From: Candidatus Thorarchaeota archaeon | Lineage (GTDB): Archaea > Asgardarchaeota > Thorarchaeia > Thorarchaeales > Thorarchaeaceae | Assembly (NCBI GenBank): GCA_048882485.1 | Contig: JBHLRP010000003.1 | Coordinates: 1 to 64,000 of the forward strand | Length of the DNA stretch: 64,000 nt | Direction: 5' to 3' | Translations under genes and position numbers: made by a program | Shown here: positions 35,810 through 46,603 of the stretch, piece by piece | Position numbering within the stretch: position 1 is the stretch's first letter | Layout: each line of letters starts with the position of its first letter | The notes under the pieces: generated by a model | What the model was told of the DNA's origin: nothing | The model's database searches: none | Seen by the model: only the letters and a program-made list of their open reading frames with translations

Positions 35810-38694
35810 AGGCTGCGACAAGGAAGCGCAAAGGTGACCCGACTGAGTTCGATGGACCGAGGTCTATCGTCGTTATGGGTGCAGCAGAGAACAATCTGCG
35901 GCACATCGACGTGGAGATTCCGAAGAACACCCTGACAGTCGTAACCGGGGTTTCAGGCAGTGGAAAGTCTAGCTTGGTCTTTGATACCATCTTTGCAGAA
36001 GGCCAGCGAAGATTCGTGGAGTCGCTTTCACCCTATGCCCGTCAGTTTCTTGGGATGCTGGAGAAGCCCAAAGTCGATTTCATGTCCGGTCTCTCGCCGT
36101 CGATATCAATTGACCAGAAGAGTGTAGGAAGGAACCCTCGCTCCACAGTCGGCACAATAACAGAGATCTACGACTTCCTGCGATTATTGTACGCTAGAGT
36201 GGGTGAGCCTCATTGTCCCCAGTGCGGAAAGAAGATCGAGCCCCAGACATCACAGCAGATGGTAGACAACGTCCTCCAGCTTGAAGAAGGCACCCGAATC
36301 ATGATTCTGGCTCCTATTGTGCGAGGGAGAAAAGGAGAGTATCGCAGGGAGTTCAGGAACCTTCTGAAGAAGGGCTACATCAGGGCTCGTGTAGATGGCG
36401 AGCTAAAGGACATCGAGGAGGGAATGTCCCTCGACCGTTACTTCGAGCACACTATTGAAGTTGTGATTGACAGAGTACGTGTCAAACCATCTGAACGGGG
36501 AAGAATCTCTGAGGCTGTAGAGACCTCCCTGAACATGGCGGATGGTGTCGTAGTCATATCAAAGCCAGATGGCGATATCACTCTCTCAGAGCAATTCGCC
36601 TGCGTGGACTGCGGTATCAGTCTGCCTGAGATGGAACCTCGTATCTTCTCATGGAACACTCCCCAGGGTGCATGTCCTCAATGTACAGGCATCGGTTCAG
36701 TCCGGGAGTTCGACCCTGACAGGTTCATTGAGAATCCTGAACTCACCATCCGTGAAGGTGCTTTAAGGGGCTACGAGTGGAAGCTGAAGCGGACTCGCCT
36801 GAAGAAAGTCGCTGAGAAATATGGCTTCACCCTCGATACAAAGTGGAACGACCTAACCAAGAAGCAGAAACACGTCCTGCTTCATGGATCTGGTGAAGAA
36901 AGGTTTGAGTCGACGTGGGAGGGTGGGAATGAGGACTATGGTGTTACCTATTCTGGGAAATTTCAGCGGCCCTTCGAAGGTTGGATGCAGAGAGCAAAGC
37001 GAGTCTATAGCACGACAAATTCTGAATACAGCAGGAAGCAGATTGAGTCCCTATACATGTCGGAGCTTACATGCCCAACATGCAATGGTAGCCGTTTGCG
37101 CCCCGAGTCCCGCGCCGTGACATTTGGGGGAAAGTCCATTGCCGAGCTTGATGTCTTGTCAGTGAAGGGGCTGCATGAGTTCTTCAAGAGTGTCAAGATA
37201 GATCCTCGCTTTCAGCCGGTAGCCGAACCAATACTCAGAGAGATTATGGGTAGAATAGGCTTCCTGAGAGATGTTGGCCTCGACTATCTGACTCTGAACC
37301 GAACCGCCCCGTCTCTCGCAGGTGGCGAGGCACAGCGCATACGACTAGCCAGTCAGATTGGCTCGAATCTTGTTGGAGTGACCTATGTGTGTGATGAACC
37401 ATCGATTGGGCTTCATGCACGTGACAACAAGCGTCTACTCAACTCGTTGATGCGGCTGAGAGACCTCGGAAACACTGTCTTAGTGGTCGAGCATGACGAA
37501 GAAACCATGAAGAGCGCAGATTATATCGTCGATCTCGGACCGGGTGCTGGGGCTGAGGGTGGAGAGGTTGTTGTTGCTGGAGAATTGAGTGAAATACTCA
37601 ATGCAAAGGACTCGATCACAGCCAAGTATCTCCGTGGAGAGGTTGCGATTCCAGTCCCCAAGAAGCGAAGAGGGCCCAATGGCCGCTTCATCGAGTTGCG
37701 TGGTGCTCGACATAACAACCTCAAGAATATCAATGTCAGGATTCCACTTGGGATGTTTATCTCAGTGACTGGTGTGTCAGGTAGCGGCAAGTCAAGTCTC
37801 ATTGTTGAAACGCTTCAGAGAGAGCTGGCGCACAGGTTCCACAAGGCTGAGAAGAAACCTGGCGACCATGATGATATCGTTGGGGCCGGTCAGCTCGACA
37901 AGGTAATTGTCATTGACCAGAGTCCCATCGGCAGGACACCCCGGTCGAATCCCGCGACGTACACTGGACTCTGGTCTCCACTTAGAGAGCTATTTTCCAG
38001 TCTTCCTGAGTCACAGATCAGAGGATACAAGCCAGGGCGATTTTCCTTCAATGTTAAGGGCGGTCGCTGTGAGAAGTGTCGCGGTGCAGGAGTAGAAATC
38101 ATCGAGATGCAGTTTCTCCCTCCCGTTCAGGTGACATGCACTGAGTGCAAGGGGCGGAGGTATAACAGAGAAACCCTTCAGGTCCGCTTCAAGGGAAAGA
38201 ACATAGCAGACATCCTAGACATGAGGATAGACGAGGCGGTGAAGTTCTTTGAAGGTGTGCCTTCGATTCATAGACGACTCGAAACATTGTGTGCAGTGGG
38301 GATGGGCTACATCAAACTTGGGCAGCCTGCAACAACTCTCTCGGGCGGCGAGGCACAACGTGTGAAGCTGAGCAAGTTCCTCTCGCGACCTGCAACCGGA
38401 CAAACTCTGATAATGCTAGACGAGCCTACAACTGGGCTTCATTTTGCGGACATCAAGAAGCTCCTTGAGGTCCTGCACAGACTAGTCGACCTAGGGAACA
38501 CTGTACTTGTGATTGAGCATCAGTTGGATGTCGTGAAGACCAGTGATTGGGTGATCGATCTTGGACCTGAGGGAGGCGATGAGGGGGGATATGTTGTAGC
38601 AGAGGGAACTCCTGAGGACATCGTAGCAAAGAAAAACTCCTTCACAGGGAGATTTCTGAAGGACTTGCTTGCGGAGGGAGGTGTGAGGGGATGA
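35806..38694 (+). CDS. uvrA: Excinuclease ABC subunit A (copy 1)
   Basis: Two ABC ATPase modules (GVSGSGKS x2; [16 protein letters not shown]), zinc fingers, UvrB-binding insertion; GTGA overlap with uvrB. Confidence 0.97.
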   Translation: MKAATRKRKGDPTEFDGPRSIVVMGAAENNLRHIDVEIPKNTLTVVTGVSGSGKSSLVFDTIFAEGQRRFVESLSPYARQFLGMLEKPKVDFMSGLSPSISIDQKSVGRNPRSTVGTITEIYDFLRLLYARVGEPHCPQCGKKIEPQTSQQMVDNVLQLEEGTRIMILAPIVRGRKGEYRREFRNLLKKGYIRARVDGELKDIEEGMSLDRYFEHTIEVVIDRVRVKPSERGRISEAVETSLNMADGVVVISKPDGDITLSEQFACVDCGISLPEMEPRIFSWNTPQGACPQCTGIGSVREFDPDRFIENPELTIREGALRGYEWKLKRTRLKKVAEKYGFTLDTKWNDLTKKQKHVLLHGSGEERFESTWEGGNEDYGVTYSGKFQRPFEGWMQRAKRVYSTTNSEYSRKQIESLYMSELTCPTCNGSRLRPESRAVTFGGKSIAELDVLSVKGLHEFFKSVKIDPRFQPVAEPILREIMGRIGFLRDVGLDYLTLNRTAPSLAGGEAQRIRLASQIGSNLVGVTYVCDEPSIGLHARDNKRLLNSLMRLRDLGNTVLVVEHDEETMKSADYIVDLGPGAGAEGGEVVVAGELSEILNAKDSITAKYLRGEVAIPVPKKRRGPNGRFIELRGARHNNLKNINVRIPLGMFISVTGVSGSGKSSLIVETLQRELAHRFHKAEKKPGDHDDIVGAGQLDKVIVIDQSPIGRTPRSNPATYTGLWSPLRELFSSLPESQIRGYKPGRFSFNVKGGRCEKCRGAGVEIIEMQFLPPVQVTCTECKGRRYNRETLQVRFKGKNIADILDMRIDEAVKFFEGVPSIHRRLETLCAVGMGYIKLGQPATTLSGGEAQRVKLSKFLSRPATGQTLIMLDEPTTGLHFADIKKLLEVLHRLVDLGNTVLVIEHQLDVVKTSDWVIDLGPEGGDEGGYVVAEGTPEDIVAKKNSFTGRFLKDLLAEGGVRG

Positions 38695-41549
38695 CTGGCT
38701 ACATCAAAGTCCGTAAGGCTGAGGAACACAACCTCAAGAAGATAGATGTAGACATCCCTCGAGACCGTCTTGTCGTCGTGACCGGGCCCTCAGGCTCAGG
38801 TAAGTCTACTCTGGTCTTTGACACAATCTTTGCAGAAGGACAGAGAAGGTATGTTGAGTCACTCTCCTCATATGCCAGACGCTTCCTAGGGAGGCTGGAC
38901 AAGCCCAAGGTTGACAAGATTTCAGGACTTCCTCCAGCTATCTCGATTGAGCAGAAGGGAAGGACCAAGAATCCCAGATCGACCGTTGGTACGTCAACAG
39001 AGATTCATGATTATCTGCGTCTACTCTACGCCAACATCGGTGTTCCACATTGTGTCGAGTGTGGACGTGCAATGGAGCAGCTAACTGCAGAATCAGCTGC
39101 ACGACTTCTCTTGGATGAGAATGGTGGTCATCGCGTCTTCGTTCTAGCACCTGTCGTGAGAGGCGAGGCGGGGAAGCACGAGGAAGTCTTTGAGGGGCTA
39201 CTCAAGAATGGCTTTGCCAGAGTCCGGGTGGATGGAGATGTACATGACATCGATGGCATTGAGATTGATGGTCGAAAGAAGCATAACATCGAGGTCGTTG
39301 TTGATCGTCTCGAGATAAGCCAAAAGGTTAGAGAACGGCTCATAGGGTCCCTAGAAACCGCACTGGAAACCGGTGAGGGTGCGGCTGTCATTTCACGAGA
39401 AGAAGAACCTGACCTCATGTTCGCTGAGCAGCTGATGTGTCCGAAATGTGGCCTTCAGTATGAAAAGCTTGGTCCCAAGGCGTTCTCCTACAATCGTCCA
39501 GATGGAGCATGTACTGAATGTAATGGTCTTGGGGTCACTATGGCGGTTGACCCTGATTTGGTGATACCCAGCAAGTCAATGACCATCCATGACATTAGCA
39601 GGAGAGTAAACGGTTCCGATAGGCCATGGTTCACTCGCCGTCTTGAGGCGCTGGGTGAACATTTGGGCTTCACACTAGAAACTCCTTACTCAAAGCTCAA
39701 CAAGTCGCAGCGCGAGGCCCTGTTGTGGGGAAGGCCTGAGATTACGCTTCATTACATTCAATATACTGAGTCATCACAGTGGGAGATTACACGGAAGTGG
39801 TTGGGCCTTATTCCTTGGATAGAAAAGGTGTTTGAGGACGGGAGGACAAGCGAGAAGCAGTGGTATCAGTATCGAGCAAGCTACATAGCTAATGTTCTCT
39901 CTAGGAAGATGGCATGCGAGTCATGCGGTGGTAGAAAGTTGAAGCCTCAGAGTCTCGCAGTAACAGTAAGTGGCAAGCCAATTGACGCTGTCACATCAAT
40001 GACTATTGAAGAGGCTGCGGACTTCTTCGAGAGGATTGACCTAACCGAACGTGAGATGAAGATTGCAGAACTCGTATTGAAGGAGATTCGAGCTCGACTG
40101 AAGTTCCTTATCTCTGTAGGTCTTGAATATCTGAATCTAGATAGACTCTCAATGAGTCTCTCTGGTGGCGAGAGCCAGAGAATACGACTTGCAACACAGA
40201 TCGGCTCTGCACTGACTGGAGTCCTTTACTGTCTCGACGAACCTTCGATCGGGCTCCATCCACGCGATATCAACCGCCTCATCGAGACCTTCTATCACCT
40301 GAGGTCTCTTGGGAATACTGTTGTAGTGATAGAGCACGATCGGGATACGATTCATGCGGCAGATCATATCATAGATCTCGGTCCTCTGGCTGGCATACAT
40401 GGAGGCCGCGTAGTGGCTGAGGGACCTCCAACAGATGTTCTTGCAGATCCAAAGTCGCTCACTGCGCAATATCTTGCAGGAAAGAAGCAGATTCCTGTGC
40501 CTAATGAGAGGCGAGAAGGGAATGGTGCGAAGATTATACTGAGAGGTGCGAGTCAGCACAATCTCAAGAATATCACTGTGGAGTTTCCGCTTGGTAAGCT
40601 CATCTGTGTGACAGGGGTTTCCGGCAGTGGAAAGAGCACCCTGACTTATGAAACACTATATAGAGCACTTCAGCGGAGAATGGGTTTAACGGGCCCACCT
40701 CCGGGGGCTCATGACGGGATTGAGGGCACAGAACATATCGATAGATTGGTGCTAGTTGACCAATCGCCAATTGGACGCACACCTAGATCCAATCCCGCGA
40801 CCTATACGAAGACATTCGCATCGATAAGAGCACTCTTTGCTCAGATGCCTGAAGCAAAGGCTAGGGGATTCAGTAAAGGGAGATTCTCTTTCAATACACG
40901 TGAAGGTCGATGCGAGAAGTGCCAGGGAAGTGGAGTGCTTACGGTTGAGATGCACTTCATGAGTGATGTCTTCATGACCTGTGATGTGTGCAAGGGAGAC
41001 CGCTTTGACAGAGAGACTCTTGAAGTGACCTACAAGGGCAAGAACATCACAGAAGTCCTCTCTATGACAATCGAGGAGGCTCTAGAGTTCTTCCGTGATA
41101 TTCCAAAGGTCGCAGATAAGCTCCAGACACTAGTCGACGTAGGTCTTGGATATCTGGAACTGGGACAGCCTGCGACGACTCTCTCTGGTGGTGAGGCGCA
41201 GCGAATGAAAATAGCCTCAGAACTTTCACGGCGAAGCACAGGCAAGACGCTATATCTGCTTGACGAGCCAACGACAGGGCTATCAGCATCTGATGTTCAT
41301 GTGCTGCTCCGAGTGTTGAATAGGCTAGTGGAGGGTGGCAACACAGTCATCATGGTTGAACATAACCTTGAGGTCATCAAGACCGCAGACTGGTTGGTCG
41401 ATCTTGGACCCGAAGGCGGAGATGCCGGAGGTCAGGTTGTTGCAGTGGGTACGCCTGAAGACCTCTGTGATGCGGTAGAATCGTATACAGGCAATCATCT
41501 ACGCGATGCTCTGTATAGCGGAAGGGTCAGGTATGGGCCCCTGAATTGA
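38691..41549 (+). CDS. uvrA: Excinuclease ABC subunit A (copy 2)
   Basis: [32 protein letters not shown], zinc fingers, UvrB-binding insertion; ATGA overlap with copy 1. Confidence 0.97.
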   Translation: MTGYIKVRKAEEHNLKKIDVDIPRDRLVVVTGPSGSGKSTLVFDTIFAEGQRRYVESLSSYARRFLGRLDKPKVDKISGLPPAISIEQKGRTKNPRSTVGTSTEIHDYLRLLYANIGVPHCVECGRAMEQLTAESAARLLLDENGGHRVFVLAPVVRGEAGKHEEVFEGLLKNGFARVRVDGDVHDIDGIEIDGRKKHNIEVVVDRLEISQKVRERLIGSLETALETGEGAAVISREEEPDLMFAEQLMCPKCGLQYEKLGPKAFSYNRPDGACTECNGLGVTMAVDPDLVIPSKSMTIHDISRRVNGSDRPWFTRRLEALGEHLGFTLETPYSKLNKSQREALLWGRPEITLHYIQYTESSQWEITRKWLGLIPWIEKVFEDGRTSEKQWYQYRASYIANVLSRKMACESCGGRKLKPQSLAVTVSGKPIDAVTSMTIEEAADFFERIDLTEREMKIAELVLKEIRARLKFLISVGLEYLNLDRLSMSLSGGESQRIRLATQIGSALTGVLYCLDEPSIGLHPRDINRLIETFYHLRSLGNTVVVIEHDRDTIHAADHIIDLGPLAGIHGGRVVAEGPPTDVLADPKSLTAQYLAGKKQIPVPNERREGNGAKIILRGASQHNLKNITVEFPLGKLICVTGVSGSGKSTLTYETLYRALQRRMGLTGPPPGAHDGIEGTEHIDRLVLVDQSPIGRTPRSNPATYTKTFASIRALFAQMPEAKARGFSKGRFSFNTREGRCEKCQGSGVLTVEMHFMSDVFMTCDVCKGDRFDRETLEVTYKGKNITEVLSMTIEEALEFFRDIPKVADKLQTLVDVGLGYLELGQPATTLSGGEAQRMKIASELSRRSTGKTLYLLDEPTTGLSASDVHVLLRVLNRLVEGGNTVIMVEHNLEVIKTADWLVDLGPEGGDAGGQVVAVGTPEDLCDAVESYTGNHLRDALYSGRVRYGPLN

Positions 41550-41664
41550 AACGCGCCAACCGTTGCCGATTTCTCGTAGACCCTTTCAAATTATCATACG
41601 TCTCCAAATCTTATATTAGTGGAAATTTCAGAGTGTTTCTAGTCCGTCGGGAGGACAGGCATCA

Positions 41665-42120
41665 ATGACTTCAAGTAGACGAAGAGTGGACTCTGTCTCA
41701 CCACTCAAAATGTCAGCCTACGAATCTGACCTTCGTAGACGCATAGCGACTTTTCCGAGAGACGCACACTCATGGTTCTCCCTAGGTAAATATCTTATTA
41801 CTAGAGGACGGCATCGCGAGGCTGAAGGAGCTATTCGGAAAGCCATATCCCTTAATCCTCAACCCAAACAATACTGGGAAGAACTCGAAGAAGTCCTATC
41901 AGTCCTCAGGGAGACTAGCGTTGTTGACGAAATAGATCGGAGAATTGACAGATTGAAGAAACTCGAAGAGAGCGTGGAAGGAGCGAAACCTTCTCGCGTA
42001 TCGTCAGATGTTTCACCTTGTGTATCATGCGAGCACTACACTTACTATGGATGCTCAAAGGGGCAGTCATGTGACGCTCTCCTGAGTTGGCGTGCCCAAT
42101 TACTTCGAGCGTCGGAATGA
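41665..42120 (+). CDS. Small protein with one TPR and a C-terminal four-Cys motif
   Basis: W.SLG......G...EAE.A.RKAI.LNP; CVSC-x6-C-x5-C; GGAGG SD. Confidence 0.75.
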   Translation: MTSSRRRVDSVSPLKMSAYESDLRRRIATFPRDAHSWFSLGKYLITRGRHREAEGAIRKAISLNPQPKQYWEELEEVLSVLRETSVVDEIDRRIDRLKKLEESVEGAKPSRVSSDVSPCVSCEHYTYYGCSKGQSCDALLSWRAQLLRASE

Positions 42121-42193
42121 AAGCTGAGTGAACTGGCACCTTCCGAATCACTGATTTGCAGGTCTTTTTCTATGGATAGATAGAACCATAGAT

Positions 42194-44008
42194 GTGACCA
42201 ACATGGTTGACCTTGCCGAGCTTGTAAATGACCTGCCCGATGTTCCAGGAGTCTATCTCTGGAAGGATGAGAATGGGCAGATACTATACATTGGCAAGAG
42301 CAAATACCTCAGGCGAAGGGTAAGCTCCTATCTGAATCCTAATGGTCAGTATCGTAGAACAGCTGAAATGATGCATGCCGCGAGAGACTTGGATACAATA
42401 GTCACGAACACCGAAAAAGAAGCCATTGTTCTTGAAGCAACATTGATTCAGAACCATCGACCACCGTATAACATCAAGCTGAAGGATGACAGACGGCATG
42501 CTTGGATAAGAGTCGACCTAGGCTCGAAATACCCTGTTTTTGAAATCACTCGTGATGCTGAAAGAGATGGAGCGGTCTATTTTGGACCATATGGAAGCAC
42601 CAAGCGCCTTGAACGGTTCTTGGATACAATAAGGAAGTTCATTCCTATTGCCATGTGCAAGGATCCCACCAAAGTCAAGCGGGCGTGTATGGACTTCCAT
42701 CTTGATAGATGTACAGGTCCATGTGAGGAACACATTAGCGAAGAAGCCTATCGTTCTCTAGTAAAACAGATGTGTATGTATTTGGAGGGTCGATCTGATG
42801 AAGTGGCTGAGATGCTAGAGGATCAAATGAAAGAGGCCTCTGAGAACATGGAATTCGAAAAAGCTGCAGAGTTGAGGGACAGGCTGACTGATATGCAGAT
42901 TCTAATGAGTCGACAGAAGGTCGTAGAGTTCAAGGGTACCAACCGTGATGTCCTAGGGATTTCACGAACGGAACAAGCTGCCTTGGTAGAGATGCTAATC
43001 ATCAGGAATGGTCGATTGATAGGTCAAGACAATTTCTACTTCGATGTGGACTTGGATACTCCTGACCAAGATATATTGACTGCGTTTATTGGTCAATTCT
43101 ATTTCACGATTCCTAGAGTCCCAGACCAGATTATTCTCCCAACAGAAATTCCTGAGATGGATAAGCTCGGTGAGTGGCTTACAGAAACGGACGAGCATGT
43201 AGTTGAGTTCCTGCTTCCTTCAGACCAGAAATCCCAAGACTTGGTGGAAATGGCCAACAAGAACGCCTACCGTGCTCTAAGGAAGATTCTGATTCTTGGA
43301 GAAAGCAGCGAGGAAATTGTTCATGATGGTGTGAAGCAGTTGAAGGAAGCGCTTCGTCTGACCCAAGCACCAATGCACATCGAAGGCTTTGATATCGCAA
43401 ATATCCAAGGAACTGACCCAACTGGTTCTTGTGTTGTCTTCATTAATGGGGATCCGGATAATTCCAAGTATAGAATGTTTAAGGTGCGTGGGAAAACCAC
43501 CCCTGATGACTACGCGATGATGAATGAAGTCATATTTCGTCGATATAAGGGGGTGCTGATGCGTGGCGATCCTCTGCCAGATCTGATACTAGTTGATGGT
43601 GGGAAGGGGCAGCTAAGTGCAGCTCATAAGGCTCTTTCGCAGCACGGGCTCGAGTACTTGCCGCTCATTGCTCTGGCAAAGAGAGAAGAGATGATATTCA
43701 CAAGGGATGCAAAGGATGGGATCGAGTTGGAGGTTTCATCGGCGGCATTGAGATTGGTTCAATCAATCAGAGATGAGGCTCATAGATTTGCTCAGAGATA
43801 TCATCACAAGCTGCGAGAGAAGAGATTCACCGGCTCAATCTTGGAAGAAGCTCCAGGTATAGGACCGAAGAGACGTCAGGCGCTTCTCGAATCATTCGGA
43901 AGTTTCGATGCAGTAAAGGATGCAACAGTTGAAGAGATTAGAGAGGTAGAAGGTATGACCCAGAAGTCTGCAGAATCTCTCAAGAAGTGGCTTGACGAAC
44001 ATGGCTGA
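42194..44008 (+). CDS. uvrC: Excinuclease ABC subunit C
   Basis: GIY-YIG (PGVY...YIGKSK.LRRRV.SY), Cys cluster, UVR domain, RNase H-like (EGFD, DDY, VDGG, RDEAHRFA), HhH. Confidence 0.97.
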   Translation: MTNMVDLAELVNDLPDVPGVYLWKDENGQILYIGKSKYLRRRVSSYLNPNGQYRRTAEMMHAARDLDTIVTNTEKEAIVLEATLIQNHRPPYNIKLKDDRRHAWIRVDLGSKYPVFEITRDAERDGAVYFGPYGSTKRLERFLDTIRKFIPIAMCKDPTKVKRACMDFHLDRCTGPCEEHISEEAYRSLVKQMCMYLEGRSDEVAEMLEDQMKEASENMEFEKAAELRDRLTDMQILMSRQKVVEFKGTNRDVLGISRTEQAALVEMLIIRNGRLIGQDNFYFDVDLDTPDQDILTAFIGQFYFTIPRVPDQIILPTEIPEMDKLGEWLTETDEHVVEFLLPSDQKSQDLVEMANKNAYRALRKILILGESSEEIVHDGVKQLKEALRLTQAPMHIEGFDIANIQGTDPTGSCVVFINGDPDNSKYRMFKVRGKTTPDDYAMMNEVIFRRYKGVLMRGDPLPDLILVDGGKGQLSAAHKALSQHGLEYLPLIALAKREEMIFTRDAKDGIELEVSSAALRLVQSIRDEAHRFAQRYHHKLREKRFTGSILEEAPGIGPKRRQALLESFGSFDAVKDATVEEIREVEGMTQKSAESLKKWLDEHG

Positions 44009-44009
44009 T

Positions 44010-45524
44010 TTAATCCTCATCTCCATTGGATTCCATCAGCTTCTCAACCATCGGTATTTCTGATTCAGTGATCGGAGTAAAGTGTCCAAAAGCGTTTTCA
44101 CTTCCAAGATTCAATTGAATCACGAATACTGATTTTGCTACTCTTTCGGGCCGACTCTCACGCAGTCTCTCTATGCTTTGTCGACGTCCATAGGCGACAT
44201 AAATCAGGAATCCAATCAGTCCAAGCCAGAATCCCATTGAGAGAGCCTCCAATGATTGATACAGAATGAAAAGTAGACAGATTGCTACGCCCAGTATTGG
44301 GAATAGAGGATAGAATCTAGCCTTGAAGGTACCTGGAACATTTAGCCTTCTGATACGCATCACTATCACGGAAGAGTTCACAATGGCCTGTCCTACAAGG
44401 TAAGCTAGCCCAGCAAGGGATGCCACTAGGTCAACCCTTCCAGTTAGCGCGAAAGCACTCACAGCGACAAAAGTAACAAGAAGCGCTGGAATTGGAGTCT
44501 TGAATCTTGAACTTACTCTTTCGAGAAAGCCAGGTAGGAAGCGGTCTCGGCCTAGAGCATATGCCACCCTAGCTGTGGATAGGAATGTAGCATTGAGAGC
44601 AGCGTAATTGGAGGCTGCCATTCCTGCTAGGCCAAAATAGAATGCACCAGTCCCGAACATTGAGGCATATACATGAGCAACAGGAACCGGTGATTCGAGA
44701 CTCGCCAATTCATTGTAGGGTACCACACCTACCATGACAAAAGCTGCGGTGACATAGATTGTTGTAGCAATCATTAAGGTGAGAAGAATGGCTCTTGGAA
44801 TGTTCTTCGCAGGTTCTTTGATTTCCTCTGAAGCAGTGGTGATGAGCTCGTATCCTATGAAGCTGATATAGATGAAAGCGACAGTAGCCATCAACTCCAT
44901 GAATCCAGTTCCTGGCGCAAAGAATGGATCGAGATTAGTAGGTTGGACAAAGAATAGTCCCAGCCCGATGAAGGAGAAGAGTACAACCGACTGAGCAATG
45001 TTGAACACACCCAAAACTCCGCTGACTCCTTTCACACTTAAGATATTCGTGGTCAATGTGAACGCGATTATGACTACTGCAATTGTGGTCACCATCTCAG
45101 GGGTTGCTATTGGAATGAATAAAGCGAGAGTGTGGGCAACGGCGAGAGAATAGAGACCACATGCAACAATATTCCCGATTAGTAGATACCATCCAGTCAG
45201 GAACGCGGGGAGTCCACCGTATGTGTCATGGACAAATGTGTAGCCGCCTCCCTGCTTTGGGATTGATGACGACAGTTCTGCATAGTTGATTGCAGTAAAG
45301 ATGGTGAGAAGTCCAGTTGCTAGATATGCAATAATGAGTCCAGGTCCAACCATGCCTGCTGCGATGCCTGAGATGACATAGATTCCGCCACCGAGCATAG
45401 CCCCCAGGCCAAGGTTGGTTGCTCCCATGAGACCAAGTCGTCGAGCAAACTTTCCATCTGAGCTGTCTTGCCCGACTACCTCTGACATCGTCTTCACCAG
45501 AAAATCCTTCAGTTTCGCCCTCAT
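44010..45524 (-). CDS. APC family amino acid permease
   Basis: GAMLGGGIY, YAELSS.IP..GG.Y, GYE......EE.K.P..NIPRAI; about 12 TM. Confidence 0.93.
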   Translation of the reverse strand: MRAKLKDFLVKTMSEVVGQDSSDGKFARRLGLMGATNLGLGAMLGGGIYVISGIAAGMVGPGLIIAYLATGLLTIFTAINYAELSSSIPKQGGGYTFVHDTYGGLPAFLTGWYLLIGNIVACGLYSLAVAHTLALFIPIATPEMVTTIAVVIIAFTLTTNILSVKGVSGVLGVFNIAQSVVLFSFIGLGLFFVQPTNLDPFFAPGTGFMELMATVAFIYISFIGYELITTASEEIKEPAKNIPRAILLTLMIATTIYVTAAFVMVGVVPYNELASLESPVPVAHVYASMFGTGAFYFGLAGMAASNYAALNATFLSTARVAYALGRDRFLPGFLERVSSRFKTPIPALLVTFVAVSAFALTGRVDLVASLAGLAYLVGQAIVNSSVIVMRIRRLNVPGTFKARFYPLFPILGVAICLLFILYQSLEALSMGFWLGLIGFLIYVAYGRRQSIERLRESRPERVAKSVFVIQLNLGSENAFGHFTPITESEIPMVEKLMESNGDED

Positions 45525-45605
45525 TCAGCGTATTTGATTGTTCTCTGCGCGACCTTGAGGAATGCTTTTGAAAGTTGCGAAGTCGCCAATTAGGCGAGTT
45601 GTCCA

Positions 45606-45622
45606 ACCCCGAAGTTTAAATG
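45606..45622 (+). promoter_or_regulatory. BRE-TATA promoter of ferredoxin 1
   Basis: accccgaagtttaaatg, identical to 45959-45975. Confidence 0.7.
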
Positions 45623-45684
45623 TAACATGTGGCGGCACTCACTTGTAGGACTTGCAAATTAGTCCAATAGCGAAGTGACTGACC

Positions 45685-45867
45685 GTGATTTGGAAAGTAA
45701 CTGATGCATGCACTGCATGCGGCACATGCGCCGACGTCTGCCCAGTTGATCCTACATTGTACGTGGTCAACGACATAGCTGTGTATCAGATAGACCGAGA
45801 AGATGAGTGCACAGAGTGCTATGCTTGCGTCGATTCGTGCCCTGAGGGCGCGATTGAAGAAGGCTAG
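45685..45867 (+). CDS. 2x[4Fe-4S] ferredoxin
   Basis: Two CxxCxxCxxxCP motifs. Confidence 0.93.
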   Translation: MIWKVTDACTACGTCADVCPVDPTLYVVNDIAVYQIDREDECTECYACVDSCPEGAIEEG

Positions 45868-45903
45868 GACAGAGCACCGTCTTCTATGCTATCAGTCGAT
45901 TTT

Positions 45904-45950
45904 ACGCTCATTTTGAAGATTCCTGCAAGAATGAGCGTTTCTTTTTATTT
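45904..45950 (+). terminator. Hairpin and T tract after ferredoxin 1
   Basis: acgctcatt/aatgagcgt followed by ttctttttatttt. Confidence 0.6.
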
Positions 45951-45958
45951 TGTACATT

Positions 45959-45975
45959 ACCCCGAAGTTTAAATG
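45959..45975 (+). promoter_or_regulatory. BRE-TATA promoter of ferredoxin 2
   Basis: Identical 17-mer to 45606-45622 at nearly the same distance from the start codon. Confidence 0.7.
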
Positions 45976-46038
45976 CTGAAATGAACCGCACCACAAATGC
46001 AGAACTCTATTTAGAGTCTAAAGAAGAAGTGATTCAGA

Positions 46039-46224
46039 TTGATGTGGAAGATAACTGACGCTTGTACAGGAGAAGGAACTTGTGCCGATGTCTGTCCCGT
46101 TGACCCAACACTGTTTGTGATTGAAAACGACAAAGCCATCTATCAGGAAGCTCGTGCTGATGAATGCACTGAGTGCTACGCTTGTGTCGACAGTTGCCCA
46201 GAGGGCGCTATCGAAGAAGCATAG
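46039..46224 (+). CDS. Ferredoxin, probable [3Fe-4S][4Fe-4S] type
   Basis: CxxExxCxxxCP plus CxxCxxCxxxCP; close paralog of the upstream ferredoxin. Confidence 0.92.
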   Translation: MMWKITDACTGEGTCADVCPVDPTLFVIENDKAIYQEARADECTECYACVDSCPEGAIEEA

Positions 46225-46294
46225 TGTCCGTGCAACTAGGAATCCGACAGGGGGGCTCTACAGCTCCTGTGGTTGCTTCCCTGTCTTCGACATT

Positions 46295-46552
46295 CTATTT
46301 CTCCTTGTAGGGTTGGCCTAACACCGAGTTGAAGAAATCCCTCAGAGTTCGATCTTCAAGTATCACCTTCACAGAAGCCACACTATCTTGTGCCGGCATA
46401 TAGCTACCTGTCACTTTCACAATTCTTGATTCATCATCTAGTAACAGGATTGTTTTATCCTCATCGACCTCCTCATGCATTCCAAACTCCTCGCGAATCC
46501 TGTCCATGCAGGAACGGTACACAGCAGGGTCAATTCGATAGAATAGTTTCAT
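46295..46552 (-). CDS. Small hypothetical protein
   Basis: 85-aa ORF with GAGG SD, convergent on ferredoxin 2 across a shared hairpin. Confidence 0.7.
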   Translation of the reverse strand: MKLFYRIDPAVYRSCMDRIREEFGMHEEVDEDKTILLLDDESRIVKVTGSYMPAQDSVASVKVILEDRTLRDFFNSVLGQPYKEK

Positions 46553-46603
46553 GATGGTGAACCTCTTTGCATCCGAGACCTTGTGCTGCTTAGTAAGTTA
46601 TAA

